This document shows positions 21,365 to 32,415 of a stretch of 64,000 bases of DNA, piece after piece. The notes under the pieces were generated by a model. The model was not told the DNA's origin, made no database searches, and saw only the letters and a list, made by a program, of their open reading frames with translations. Every line of letters begins with the position of its first letter. Position 1 is the stretch's first letter. Origin of the DNA: Macrostomum lignano (taxonomy: Eukaryota). The DNA lies in the NCBI GenBank assembly GCA_002269645.1, contig NIVC01000246.1:62001-126000 (forward strand), written 5' to 3'. The translations under genes were made by a program, and so were the position numbers.

Positions 21365-24190
21365 ACATATTAAGACGCAGAGGGGAGGCCCCTCGCGCGC
21401 ACGCGCTCGCAGAACAGGCGGGAGGGGCAGGCAGCAGCAGCCTGAGGGTTCAGCTCAAGCGCCTGCAAGTCAGCGATGAGGCAGTCCGTTAGAGTGACAG
21501 TGCGGGCCTGGCCGTGGCGCAATTGCTCGGTCGGCCGGTGCAGCATGGCCAGGGCCAGAGGGACCGGCGCACCGCGACCCAGGGTCCGTAGGCAGTGGCC
21601 CAGCAGCATCTGGCGGCGCCGGCGCAGGGTAGCGCTCAGGGGCGGCGTTCCGGCGTGGGCCATCAGAGCGTTGGTCGGCAGGCGCTCCGGGTAGTGCACG
21701 CCCAGCGCGTAGCGCAGCAGCGATCGGTAGAGCGCGTCCAAGGCCCGCTCTCGCTCCTCGGTCAGCGGCACAGCCTCCATGCCGTACAGAAGGCCGCGCG
21801 GAACAGGCGCACCTTCAGGTCGTCTCTGGCAGCTGAATGAAAAAGTTCCTGAGGAACTGCGCGGCGCGCCAGGCCTGGTTCCTCCTGTCGGAGACAATCG
21901 CCCAGCGAGCGTCCACCAGCAGCCCAACACGGGCACCCTCATTGCAAAGCCATGTGAGAGCGCGCTGGGCAGCAGCTGGATCGCGGCAGAGCAGCGCGAT
22001 GTTGTCAGCAGACACAAGAGCGGGAAGCGAAACAGCAGGGTGTCTGGAGCTTCGGCGTGGGACCAGCAAGTAGCTGTCATCCTCGCGGAGGGACCGACGA
22101 AGCACGTAGTCCACAACTACGAGGAAGAGCAGAAGAGCCAGCGTGTCGCCATGAAGGACGCCTGAGCTGGTGCCGAACTCTTCTGTGGGGCCGTCGCTCG
22201 ACATGACAAAGTCCTGGAGTCGCGGTAGAGGTCCATCACCGCGCTCAGCAGCGCAGCAGGTACGCCAGAGTGAGCTAGAAGCCACGCGATCGCAGGCCTG
22301 GACACCGAGTCAAACGCCTTGTGAAAGTCGGCGAAGATAATTGACACGGAGCGCTGGCGGGTCTTGCAGGCCTCGATGACACCTGTCCGAGATATACGGC
22401 CCTGTATATAGTGGAGATATAGTGGACCTGTCCGAGCGGAAGCCGCTTTGGAGGCTCAGCAGCAGCAGGAATTGAAGACCGGGCAGGAGGCGGTTGCTCA
22501 GAATCGCGTTCAGCAGCTTCGTCGTTGTGAATTCCAGCGCGATGCCTCGCTGGTTGTTCAGGCTGGTGGAGGCGCATTTTTTAGGGATGGAGACAATCTT
22601 GGAGGTGCGCGATTGCTGAGGAGCTGAGGCGGCCTCGTTGCCTCCAAGGCTGCAGTACTTGTTCAGCAGGTTGGTGATGATTTGGGTGAGCTCGGGCAGC
22701 TTTAGGACCCTGGGAGGGATGGTTCGCATGGTCCTCGATCAGTGCTTGGTCAACCTGGCCTGCAGTGATGGGGCCGGTGTTGAAGGCGCCTGCTGGGCTG
22801 GAGCGAAGTCTGGGATTGGCAGAAGAGGCCAGTTGGAGCAGTTGGAGCGCGTTGAGCACCTCGCGGTAGTGGGTGGCCAGCAGGGCCTTGCGGTGCTCGG
22901 TGGAATCAGCGCCGACGATGGTGTTGGGCCTGGGCTTCTTGCCAGTCAGCTTGATGGCCCTTCAGACAGCACTATGGCGGCAGTTGTCAGTAGCGATTTG
23001 GATTTCGCTCACAGCCTCTTCGATGAAGGCTTCAGTCCGCTGGGCGTAGATGCGCTGCAGCTCGTCCCTGGCAGCACTGGCCTGGTCGCTGTCATGGCTG
23101 TGGAGTGCAGCAGTGCTCTGCACATGCCGCTTTGCCTGGGAGATCATGAGATCGCGGTCCCACAGGGCCTTTGGATGGTTTGCCTGTCTCCGTGGGAGAA
23201 GCGCTGCAGCATCCTCGACGACGTAATGGAAGACTCGAAGGACTTGGCTGGAGCAGGAGTAGCGCGGCAAGCATGCAGCTTGCGTGCGTGTCCAGGTTTC
23301 TCAGGTCGCCGGCCAGAGAGGGTGAGATGGCGCAGGCCGGAGCTTTTACCAGTGCAGATCAAATTCGCATGCCACCAGGCGGGTGATCAGATTGAACGCA
23401 GTCGGGGCGGATGTTGACGACTCTGCGCACCCTGGACCTCAGGGCATTTGGGCAGAGAATCCAGTGAAAAATAAAAAAAGGTGAAAAGTGGAAAGGTGAA
23501 TTGGCATTGGGGATGCCACAGCTGTTCTTAACTATGCAGGCGGCCGTCAGCTGGCAATGGTGAGTTGAAGTCACCAGCAACAACGACAGAGTTACGATTG
23601 CAGGGATGGAATCAAGCATGCAGCCCAGAGTGTCGTAAGGGCTTCTGTCTCAAATGGATCTTCGCAGGTCCGGGGCCGTTTGGAGCATATAGACGCAGAT
23701 GATGTGAAGCCGCCTGTCTTTTTTGGCAAAGAAGGCGTGTCCGAGGCGCTCAGATGGGAACTTGATGTCCAGCAGCGCTCTGGGTGCGGTGGGCGATAGC
23801 AGGAAGCCGATCCTCCTGCAGTTCCCTTGGGAGTGGCTGCACTGGGGCAGCCTTGAATTGCCAGCTTAGACCCAGATCCACAGTCTGCCGCCGATGTTCT
23901 TGAACTGCCAGCAGGATGGAGATGTATAGTTCGCGGCCGCCAGCCTTGTCAACTCCTGCAGTCTCCATGTCTGACTGAGAGTGCGCGGGCATTGAAGGCA
24001 TGGCGCGACCCGAATCTGGTTTTGAAGATGCGGCCGACTTGTCTCATTCTTGGATCTGCTTTTGCGTGCATTGCGGTGGGCCGAGTTGGGTGAAATGATT
24101 GGCCCTCGAGGCTCCGGCTTGGCAGGCTGCGAGTCCTGTGGGTCCGTCCGATGAGCATTGGCGCAGAACTCTTCGCACCGGGAGCCCGAG
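21365..24190 (-). mobile_element. Decayed non-LTR retrotransposon (APE endonuclease + RT, RTE-like single ORF)
   Basis: APE motifs FNARAL, LAVQEHR, GFLLSP, VY-APT, AGDFNS and SDH (24010-23380). RT motifs IVSIPKK..RGIAL, QSGFR, IFADFHKAFDSV, GVLHGDTLA.LLF and SADN (degenerate YADD). C-terminal LLYGMEA..LLGHCLR; stop at 21370. Multiple frameshifts. Confidence 0.92.
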
Positions 24191-24709
24191 AAATGCCCGC
24201 AGACGAATTGTCCGCCGAGATTTGCCCGCCGAGCTTTTCCCGCGGAGATTTGCCCGCAGTGCATTTTGCCCGTGAGCGAATTGCCCGTGGAGATTTGCCC
24301 GCCGAGAATTGCCCGCCGAGATTTGCCCGCAGTGCAATTTGCCCGCGAGCGAGTTGCCCGCCGAGTTTTTTCCCGCCGAGGTTTGCCCGCAATGATTTTT
24401 TCCTGCAGCGCATTTGGCAGCTAGATTCTGTCTGCATTGCCCCCCCCCCCAAAAAAATATGCATTTGATATGCAGTTACTATCAAAACGTTTTGATCGTG
24501 TAAATCTCTTTATTGAGATTAACACGTACTAAGCATTGGGAAGGCAATGCAGACAAAATCTGCCGCGTCGCTAAATGCGCTGCAGGAAAAAAGCACTGCG
24601 GGCAAACCTCGGCGGGAAAAAACTCGGCGGGCAACTCGCTCGCGGGCAAATTGCACTGCGGGCAAATCTCGGCGGGCAATTCTCGGCGGGCAAATCTCCA
24701 CGGGCAATT
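24190..24709. mobile_element. Foldback element built of TTGCCCGC(CGAG) sub-repeats
   Basis: Arm 24279-~24450 is the reverse complement of ~24543-24709. The left side has extra sub-repeats back to ~24190. Confidence 0.75.
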
Positions 24710-26175
24710 TTAAATGTTATACATTTAAAGTTATAACAGAGGCCTCAGCCGATTCAGGCATATATGAATCTGGTGCATGTTGAATGAAAAGTTCTCGTCA
24801 GTGACGATATTTTAAAAGAAACATGAACTAAATTACGAGTACACTTTTCCCAGCCGCTTTTTTTATTTACTATTTATACTAGCGAACAAAGATAAAACGA
24901 GTTGCAGTTGTTAATTTAGCTTTGCTTTTGAGTTTTGCTCTGCTGATGCTGACTAATTGACTTTTTCTGAATCACCATCTCTTATTATACCACTGAAGTT
25001 AAATTATCAGGGCCAAATTTCTGTAATATTGTTTCGTTCAACATTATTACCAGAATCTTAATCTCAGAATGACCAGCTCTTTGACTGGAACCAAGAAAAG
25101 AGTTTGCTATTATTACGATGGTAAGTCTAAGTATGCTTGTAAGAAAGGGAATGTTATAAATTCTAATAATACTAACATTAAACATATATTTCTATACATA
25201 TAACATATCTGACTACTACATGTATGCCCAGCCCTAGGCCTGGTCATACTCAGACTCATAGCATAGGCCTACAAGTCTGAAGTGTATAGGATTTTTCAAT
25301 GCAAGCAAAAGTATTGATTTTTCTTAGTGCACAAGACCTCATTGGAATAAATTCTAAAAATTGCCAAGCATATGCTGTGCTGAGAGTTCAGAAAAAAATT
25401 CCAAGGGTAGCCTAATTTTCCAAGGTTCTATTAGGCCTATATCATTACTTTTAGGCCTAAGTCTTGTATGATATTTTTTACATATCTAGAATATTTAATA
25501 GAACCAAGTTGAGTTATTAAGAGCCATGAAAATTATATACATGCATGAACTTATAGTCATACATAGTAATAGGAAAAAAAGTTTCTTAATGCTTAGCATA
25601 TATAAAGCTAAAAAAATCTAACAAAAATAGTTCTGCCAAAGGTTTACTTATTATTGTTCTATAGTCTATAAATACTTTGCTTTGTTGCTAGAAAAATATC
25701 ACTAGCACTTAAGGCCTGCAAGTATTCCAGGGCTTCTATGCTAACATAAGCATTTCTTGCTGTTGCTATTAAAATTTTATTTATTATTAAGAATTGGTAC
25801 ATGGTCCAATTGACATTGTGGCACAATTTAACTGTTTGGAGGGCATAGGCTAAAATAATAAAGCAGGGGAAGCTAAAGAATTATGCTATAAAGTTAGTTA
25901 GTGACAATGATAAAATTTAATTCCCTATTTGAAAATCAGTCAGAACTTTTGAAAAGCTTTGCTATGAAAATGTAAAACTAATAGAAGAGGAATATGCACA
26001 TGTATATTTTATTACTGTTATAATCTATTATGTGAATATAAAGCCTACAAAACAATAATCACATAGATGTATTGGTTTCCCGACAGACATTCAGACAGAC
26101 ATTCAGAAATCGTTCATTAAATGTTTAACAAAATTGTCTATTTATTACGCAAGATACTGTGAATTTATAGAAACT

Positions 26176-26997
26176 TTTACGCATGTCTCTGCTTTAAAAA
26201 GACACCTCAGACACACACAAAGACGCTTCACAAGCTGAGATATTCCCTAACAACTGTTGTTACGACGTTTCCCAATATACCGAATACTGTATATAGTAGT
26301 TTTTTGAGAAGCCGCTACATCGTCCCACTTTGGTCTTTCTGCATGAAATTTGCACAGCTGTTTTACGCATGTCTCTGCTTTAAAAAGACACCTCAGACAC
26401 ACACAAAGACGCTTCACAAGCTGAGATATTCCCTAGCAACTGTTGTTATGACGTTTCCCAATATACCGAATACTGTATATAGTAGTTTTTTGAGAAGCCG
26501 CTACATCGTCCCACTTTGGTCTTTCTGCATGAAATTTGCACAGCTGTTTTACGCATGTCTCTGCTTTAAAAAGACACCTCAGACACACACAAAGACGCTT
26601 CACAAGCTGAGATATTCCCTAACAACTGTTGTTACGACGTTTCCCAATATACCGAATACTGTATATAGTAGTTTTTTGAGAAGCCGCTACATCGTCCCAC
26701 TTTGGTCTTTCTGCATGAAATTTGCACAGCTGTTTTACGCATGTCTCTGCTTTAAAAAGACACCTCAGACACACACAAAGACGCTTCACAAGCTGAGATA
26801 TTCCCTAGCAACTGTTGTTACGACGTTTCCCAATATACCGAATACTGTATATAGTAGTTTTTTGAGAAGCCGCTACATCGTCCCACTTTGGTCTTTCTGC
26901 ATGAAATTTGCACAGCTGTTTTACGCATGTCTATGCTTTAAAAAGACACCTCAGACACACACAAAGACGCTTCACAAGCTGAGATATTCCCTAGCAA
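26176..26997 (+). repeat. 186-bp tandem repeat x ~4.4 in the left TIR
   Basis: 62-codon periodicity of ORF 26304-27017; direct reading. Confidence 0.95.
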
Positions 26998-27721
26998 ATG
27001 TTTTTACGACATTTTGATGAGGACGCACTTTTTCCCAAATCCCGCGCTGGCACATGGGCTCTAAACTTACTAGCCTACTGACAGCAGGCTAAGGGCATTT
27101 TTATTCTCTTTTATCTTTTATCGAGATAGCAAATTTGTCGAACGACTACCAGAATAAAGTAAGACCTGACTCTCAAAATGGCAAAGAAAGTTTGCGACTA
27201 AATTATGACTGGAGAGTATCAGGTATCACTTTAAGAAATTGATCTGCCTACCGCAGAAGCAAATGAGTCTCAAACCGATTCGCAATTGACAACTCCGACA
27301 AGGGTAAGCGAAATCGCCCACCGAACAACTGCAGAACGTGCAAACGCCAAAGACAGGCGCCAAACGTCGGAAAAGTGATCACTTTGCTAAACAGTGCACA
27401 TTAGTAAAATCGAACAGAATTAATGTTATCGACTCAGACGATGGGGTAATCCCGTCAGCAACTGAGAATCAAACTACAGAAAATAAGCATCAAAACATTT
27501 CGTGCAACGAAACATAAAACACCCCATAAATATCACGTCAGACTTGATCCGCGATAACTGCATTGTCCCTTTCTTTATTCAACATCATCATTCAATAATA
27601 CTGCTAGTAGTCTAAGACTCCAATTCAATCTGAAGTGTGAAGTGAACTAAGGAGAAGGTTAAATCTAACAGTTATCTTTGTCGGTATTATTTCTTTGTTC
27701 GCCGATGGCTCAGATGAGTAG

Positions 27722-28366
27722 CTAAGCTAGTAGGCACTTATCAAGAAACAAATTGCGGCCAAATAAGCAGGTCAGAACGCCACATGAAAACGTATCTTTT
27801 TGCTGGGTGCACATTCTTACTACACTTCTAAACTTTCTACCACTAAGGTGCTCCATCTGCTCAGGGAGAAACGTAGAAGCAGCTGAAGAAGCAAGGAGCT
27901 CACTAAAATTAGAAAATGGCACGTAAGTTCAGTTAATATGCCTTGCAAATTTCAAAGCCCCCCTTCTCGTGTACATTTTACCTACTTCAATTTGGCAGTA
28001 TAGTTCAATGCCAGTTGCTTTCTTCTGTCACTCCGACGTATGGAGTCCAGATAGTGCACTGTGAGATCGTCGAAGAACACAGCCAAAAGCCAAAAATGGC
28101 TTTGCGTAAGCATCGGGACCAGAATTTTCTTCACTGTCTAAAATTTTTTATAATTAATTCTTCAATAGGCCTCTTGCGTAATGTACATGGCAAAATGACA
28201 ACGAATGTACATAAAGAAAAACTGCCTCCTGTACAGTGTTAATATTGCTGATAGATCTGCCTAAAGTAAAGTGCTTCAGATCGGAAGAAGGCAAATACAA
28301 GTATAACGTACATTCCATGCCGGTGTCCAAATGCAAGTTAGATATGAGCATGCCTTCAGGCAACCG
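27722..28366 (-). pseudogene. Intron-containing Ulp1/SENP-type cysteine protease (peptidase C48) fragment carried inside the foldback element
   Basis: Exon 28137-27986 reads TVKKILVPMLTQSHFWLLAVFFDDLTVHYLDSI (His and Asp motifs). Intron 27985-27903 (GTAGGT...TTTTAG, 83 nt, phase 2). Exon 27902-27722 contains CTQQKDTFSCGV (oxyanion Gln, catalytic Cys). An upstream piece RLPEGMLISNLHLDTGME is cut off by the right TIR. Confidence 0.8.
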
Positions 28367-29002
28367 TTGCTAGGGAATATCTCAGCTTGTGAAGCGTCTT
28401 TGTGTGTGTCTGAGGTGTCTTTTTAAAGCAGAGACATGCGTAAAACAGCTGTGCAAATTTCATGCAGAAAGACCAAAGTGGGACGATGTAGCGGCTTCTC
28501 AAAAAACTACTATATACAGTATTCGGTATATTGGGAAACGTCGTAACAACAGTTGTTAGGGAATATCTCAGCTTGTGAAGCGTCTTTGTGTGTGTCTGAG
28601 GTGTCTTTTTAAAGCATAGACATGCGTAAAACAGCTGTGCAAATTTCATGCAGAAAGACCAAAGTGGGACGATGTAGCGGCTTCTCAAAAAACTACTATA
28701 TACAGTATTCGGTATATTGGGAAACGTCATAACAACAGTTGCTAGGGAATATCTCAGCTTGTGAAGCGTCTTTGTGTGTGTCTGAGGTGTCTTTTTAAAG
28801 CATAGACATGCGTAAAACAGCTGTGCAAATTTCATGCAGAAAGACCAAAGTGGGACGATGTAGCGGCTTCTCAAAAAACTACTATATACAGTATTCGGTA
28901 TATTGGGAAACGTCGTAACAACAGTTGTTAGGGAATATCTCAGCTTGTGAAGCGTCTTTGTGTGTGTCTGAGGTGTCTTTTTAAAGCAGAGACATGCGTA
29001 AA
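28367..29002 (-). repeat. 186-bp tandem repeat x ~3.4 in the right TIR
   Basis: Reverse complement of the left-arm units. Confidence 0.95.
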
Positions 29003-29297
29003 AGTTTCTATAAATTCACAGTATCTTGCGTAATAAATAGACAATTTTGTTAAACATTTAATGAACGATTTCTGAATGTCTGTCTGAATGTCTGTCGGGA
29101 AACCAATACATATCACATAGTATAAAATAATAGTTATTGAGTGTTTTTAGCATTCACAGTCACACTCACAAAAGGCAAACCCTGTGTCAACCAATATGCT
29201 CTGATCTCTATAATTTTCCCCGACCCTAGTCACCCTATTAACCCCATTTGTATAAAGATTTAATATAGCATATAACAGCTTCCATTGACTTGCCCAG

Positions 29298-31800
29298 GCG
29301 ACATCGGCAACTACTACTATGGCCAGGGCCACCCCATGAAGCCGCACCGCATCAGGATGACGCACAACCTGCTGCTCAACTATGGCCTGTACCGCAAGAT
29401 GGAGATCTACCGGCCGCACAAGGCCACAGCCGAAGAGATGACGCGTTTCCATAGCGACGACTACATCAAGTTCCTGCGCTCCATCCGGCCGGACAACATG
29501 CACGAGTTCAACAAGCAGATGCAGCGTTTCAACGTCGGCGAGGACTGCCCCGTGTTCGACGGCCTGTACGAGTTCTGCCAGCTCAGCACGGGCGGCTCCA
29601 TCGCCGGCGCCGTCAAGCTGAACAAGGGCGCCACCGACATTGCCATCAACTGGGGCGGCGGCCTTCACCACGCCAAGAAGTCCGAGGCGTCCGGCTTCTG
29701 CTACGTCAACGACATCGTGCTGGCCATCCTGGAGCTGCTCAAGTACCACCAGCGGGTTCTGTACGTCGACATCGACATCCACCACGGAGACGGCGTCGAG
29801 GAGGCCTTCTACACCACCGACCGCGTCATGACCGTCTCGTTTCACAAGTACGGCGAGTACTTTCCCGGCACCGGCGACCTCAAGGACATCGGGGCCGGCC
29901 GGGGCAAGCACTACGCTGTGAACTTTCCGCTGAGGGACGGCATTGACGATGAGGCATTTGAGCAGATCTTTGCCCCCGTCATCACCAAGGTCATGGAGCA
30001 CTACAGGCCCTCCGCCACCGTTCTGCAGTGCGGTGCCGACTCTCTGGCTGGGGACCGCCTTGGCTGCTTCAACCTGTCGCTGAAGGGCCACGGCCGCTGC
30101 GTCCAGTTCATGAAGAAGTTCGACACCCCCCTGCTGTTGCTGGGTGGCGGCGGCTACACCATCAGGTGAGCTGGTTGCCTCATCTGGGATGCTGGGTGCC
30201 TCATCTGGGATGCTGGAGCCTCATCTGGGATGCTGGGGGGGGGCTTATCTAGGATTCTGGGTGCTTATTTAGGATTCTGGGTGCTTCATCTGCTATTCTG
30301 CATCCTTAATCTGGGATTCTGGGTGTTTCATGAGGGTGCCTCATCTGGGAATCTGGAATGCTTCTTGATGATTAATATGGGACGCTGGTTGCCGTGACCA
30401 GCTGATCCCAAAATTGCCCCCAATTCCTAGAAACGTCACCAGCTAATCCCAAAATCTTCCCCAATTCCTAGAAACGTGACCAGCTGATTCCAAAATCTTC
30501 CCCAATTCCTAGAAACGTGACCAGCTGATCCCAAAATCCCTCCAATTCTTAGAAACGTCACCAGCTGATCCCCAAATCGCCCCCAATTCCTAGAAACGTG
30601 ACCAGCTGATCCCAAAATCCCTCCAATTCTTAGAAACGTGACTAGCTGATCCCCAAATCGCCCCCAATTCCTAGAAACGTGACCAGCTGATTCCAAAATC
30701 TTCCCCAATTTCTAGAAACGTGACCAGCTGATCCCAAAATCGCCCCCAATTCCTAGAAACGTGACCAGCTGATCCCAAAATCGCCCCCAATTCCTAGAAA
30801 CGTGACCAGCTGATCCCAAAATCATTCCCAATTCCTAGAAACGTGGCCCGCTGCTGGACCTACGAGACGGCCATCGCCCTGGGCCAGGAGATTCCAAACG
30901 AGCTGCCCTACAATGACTACTTTGAGTACTTCGGGCCGGACTTCAAGCTGCACATTCAGCCGTCGAACATGTCCAACCAGAACACGCCCGAGTACCTGGA
31001 GAAGATCAAAACTCGGCTGCTGGAGAATCTGCGAATGCTGCCGAACTCGCCTGGGGTGCAGATGCAGGGTGCGTGTCTGGCGCTGCCTGCGGTTCTTTGC
31101 TAATGGCTTTTTAATTTGGGATGGGGGTGCATAAAGAAGATAAACTCTTGATTTGATATACACTGTGAATTAAGTAGAATCCCCTGCCATAAAATCCCAG
31201 CCATTGGAATCTCCATCAGTAGAATTCCATATGGGGTTATAGTGAAAGGAATGCCAGCTATCCCTGTGGTTGATTTCTCCTGTTTTTACTTTAGAGTTGC
31301 ATATTGCTACTAACGAGTAGCAAGTATGAGATTTGTTGCACTAAAATCCTATTGATATTTTAAATTTTACTTTGAATAATTTCATATTGCTACTAATAAG
31401 TAGCAAGTTGAGCATTTGCAATCAGTAGTTTCCATTCCCCAACGCCGCCAGACATCCCGAAGACGGCATGGCGGTTGACGAGGACGTCGCCCAGGAGGAG
31501 GCGGAGCAGGACCGCGGCAAGCGGGACGAGCAGCGGGTGAGCATCCGCTCCTCAGACAAGCGCGTCTCCGGCGACAACGAGCTCAGCGACAGCGAAGACG
31601 AGGCCGGCGACGGCAGGCGCGACTCGAGGTCGCACAAGCGGCAGAAGCGGGACAGCCGGGGCGAGACGGCCGCCGCCTCTGCCGCTGGCAAGGCCTCCGA
31701 GAACGGAGACGGCACAGCGGCCAAGACCGACACCGGGGCCGCCATCGCCACCGCCGCCGCGGCAGACAGCAAAACGGAAGGCGAAGCCAATGCTGATTAA
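29298..31800 (+). CDS. HDAC1: Class I histone deacetylase (HDAC1/2, Rpd3 type); exons 29298-30165, 30839-31068, 31452-31800; first exon not found; 1-bp frameshift at ~31457
   Basis: Near-identity to HDAC1 ([81 protein letters not shown]). Junctions AG|GTGAGC (30166), CCTAG|A (30838), G|GTGCGT (31069), CCAG|AC (31451). One C is missing in ATCCCGAA relative to D-I-P-E-D. Confidence 0.95.
30393..30846 (+). repeat. 40-41-bp tandem repeat x 11 containing the HDAC 3' splice site
   Basis: Unit GTGACCAGCTGATCCCAAAATCGCCCCCAATTCCTAG|AAAC. AG at 30429, 30470, 30511, 30551, 30592, 30632, 30673, 30714, 30755, 30796 and 30837. Confidence 0.95.
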
Positions 31801-32219
31801 TGGTATAACTGATATACGAGCTAATCTAGATGAAGAAATAGCGTCAGCTGTTTAAATAGCTAGTAAACTAATTTTTTAAAATTTATCATTGAAAAAGTTA
31901 TCAAAGACAAACTAGCTTCAAATGTTTTTAAGTGGGGTTATAATTTTTTTTAAATAACAGTTTTTATTGCTTAATAGCACAGATACTGGAATTGCTAGAT
32001 ATGTCGCTCGCAATTAAAGTTTTTAAAAAAGCATAGCGTCTACTCTTTTATAAGTAGTTGTCTGCGCATTGTTACCAATATTTAATGTGTCAGCTAAAAT
32101 TTCCTTTCCTTTCTCAGGGTTTGCGGCCTCAGGAGCATATGGGTTTAAGAAAGAACAAGCAGTTAACTCGATGTGCACAAGTGAACGCAAGATAGATTAA
32201 ACTCAGCTTAGGAGGCGGA

Positions 32220-32415
32220 GGCCCAATCTGGCTCAGTCAATGAGAGAGCAGTAAGGAGAGAGATCAAAGCATGAAACTCGACCTTGGGGCCAGGCGCAAT
32301 CTGGCTCAGCCAATGAGAGAGCAGTAAGGAGAGAGATCAAAGGACGAAACTCGGCCTTGGGGCCAGGCCCAATCTGGCTCAGCCAATGAGAGCGCAGTAA
32401 GGAGAGAGGTCAAAG
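32220..32415. repeat. 73-bp direct repeat x ~2.7 with CCAAT-like motifs
   Basis: CAATCTGGCTCAG at 32224, 32297 and 32370. Confidence 0.85.

Larger units (their letters stand above)
26067..29111. mobile_element. 3.0-kb foldback DNA transposon, probably Mutator/MULE-like (non-autonomous), with satellite-containing TIRs and a 9-bp TSD
   Basis: TSD ATCACATAG at 26058-26066 and 29112-29120. Left arm 26067-26997 (931 bp) and right arm 28367-29111 (745 bp) are reverse complements differing by exactly one 186-bp unit. Confidence 0.93.

Noticed and set aside
26304-27017. 62-aa repeat protein ORFs (also 28356-28874)
   Set aside because: They are TTG-started open frames through the 186-bp TIR units; there is no evidence of coding function.
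29147-30091. 314-aa antisense ORF
   Set aside because: It is the antisense shadow of the GC3-rich HDAC exon.
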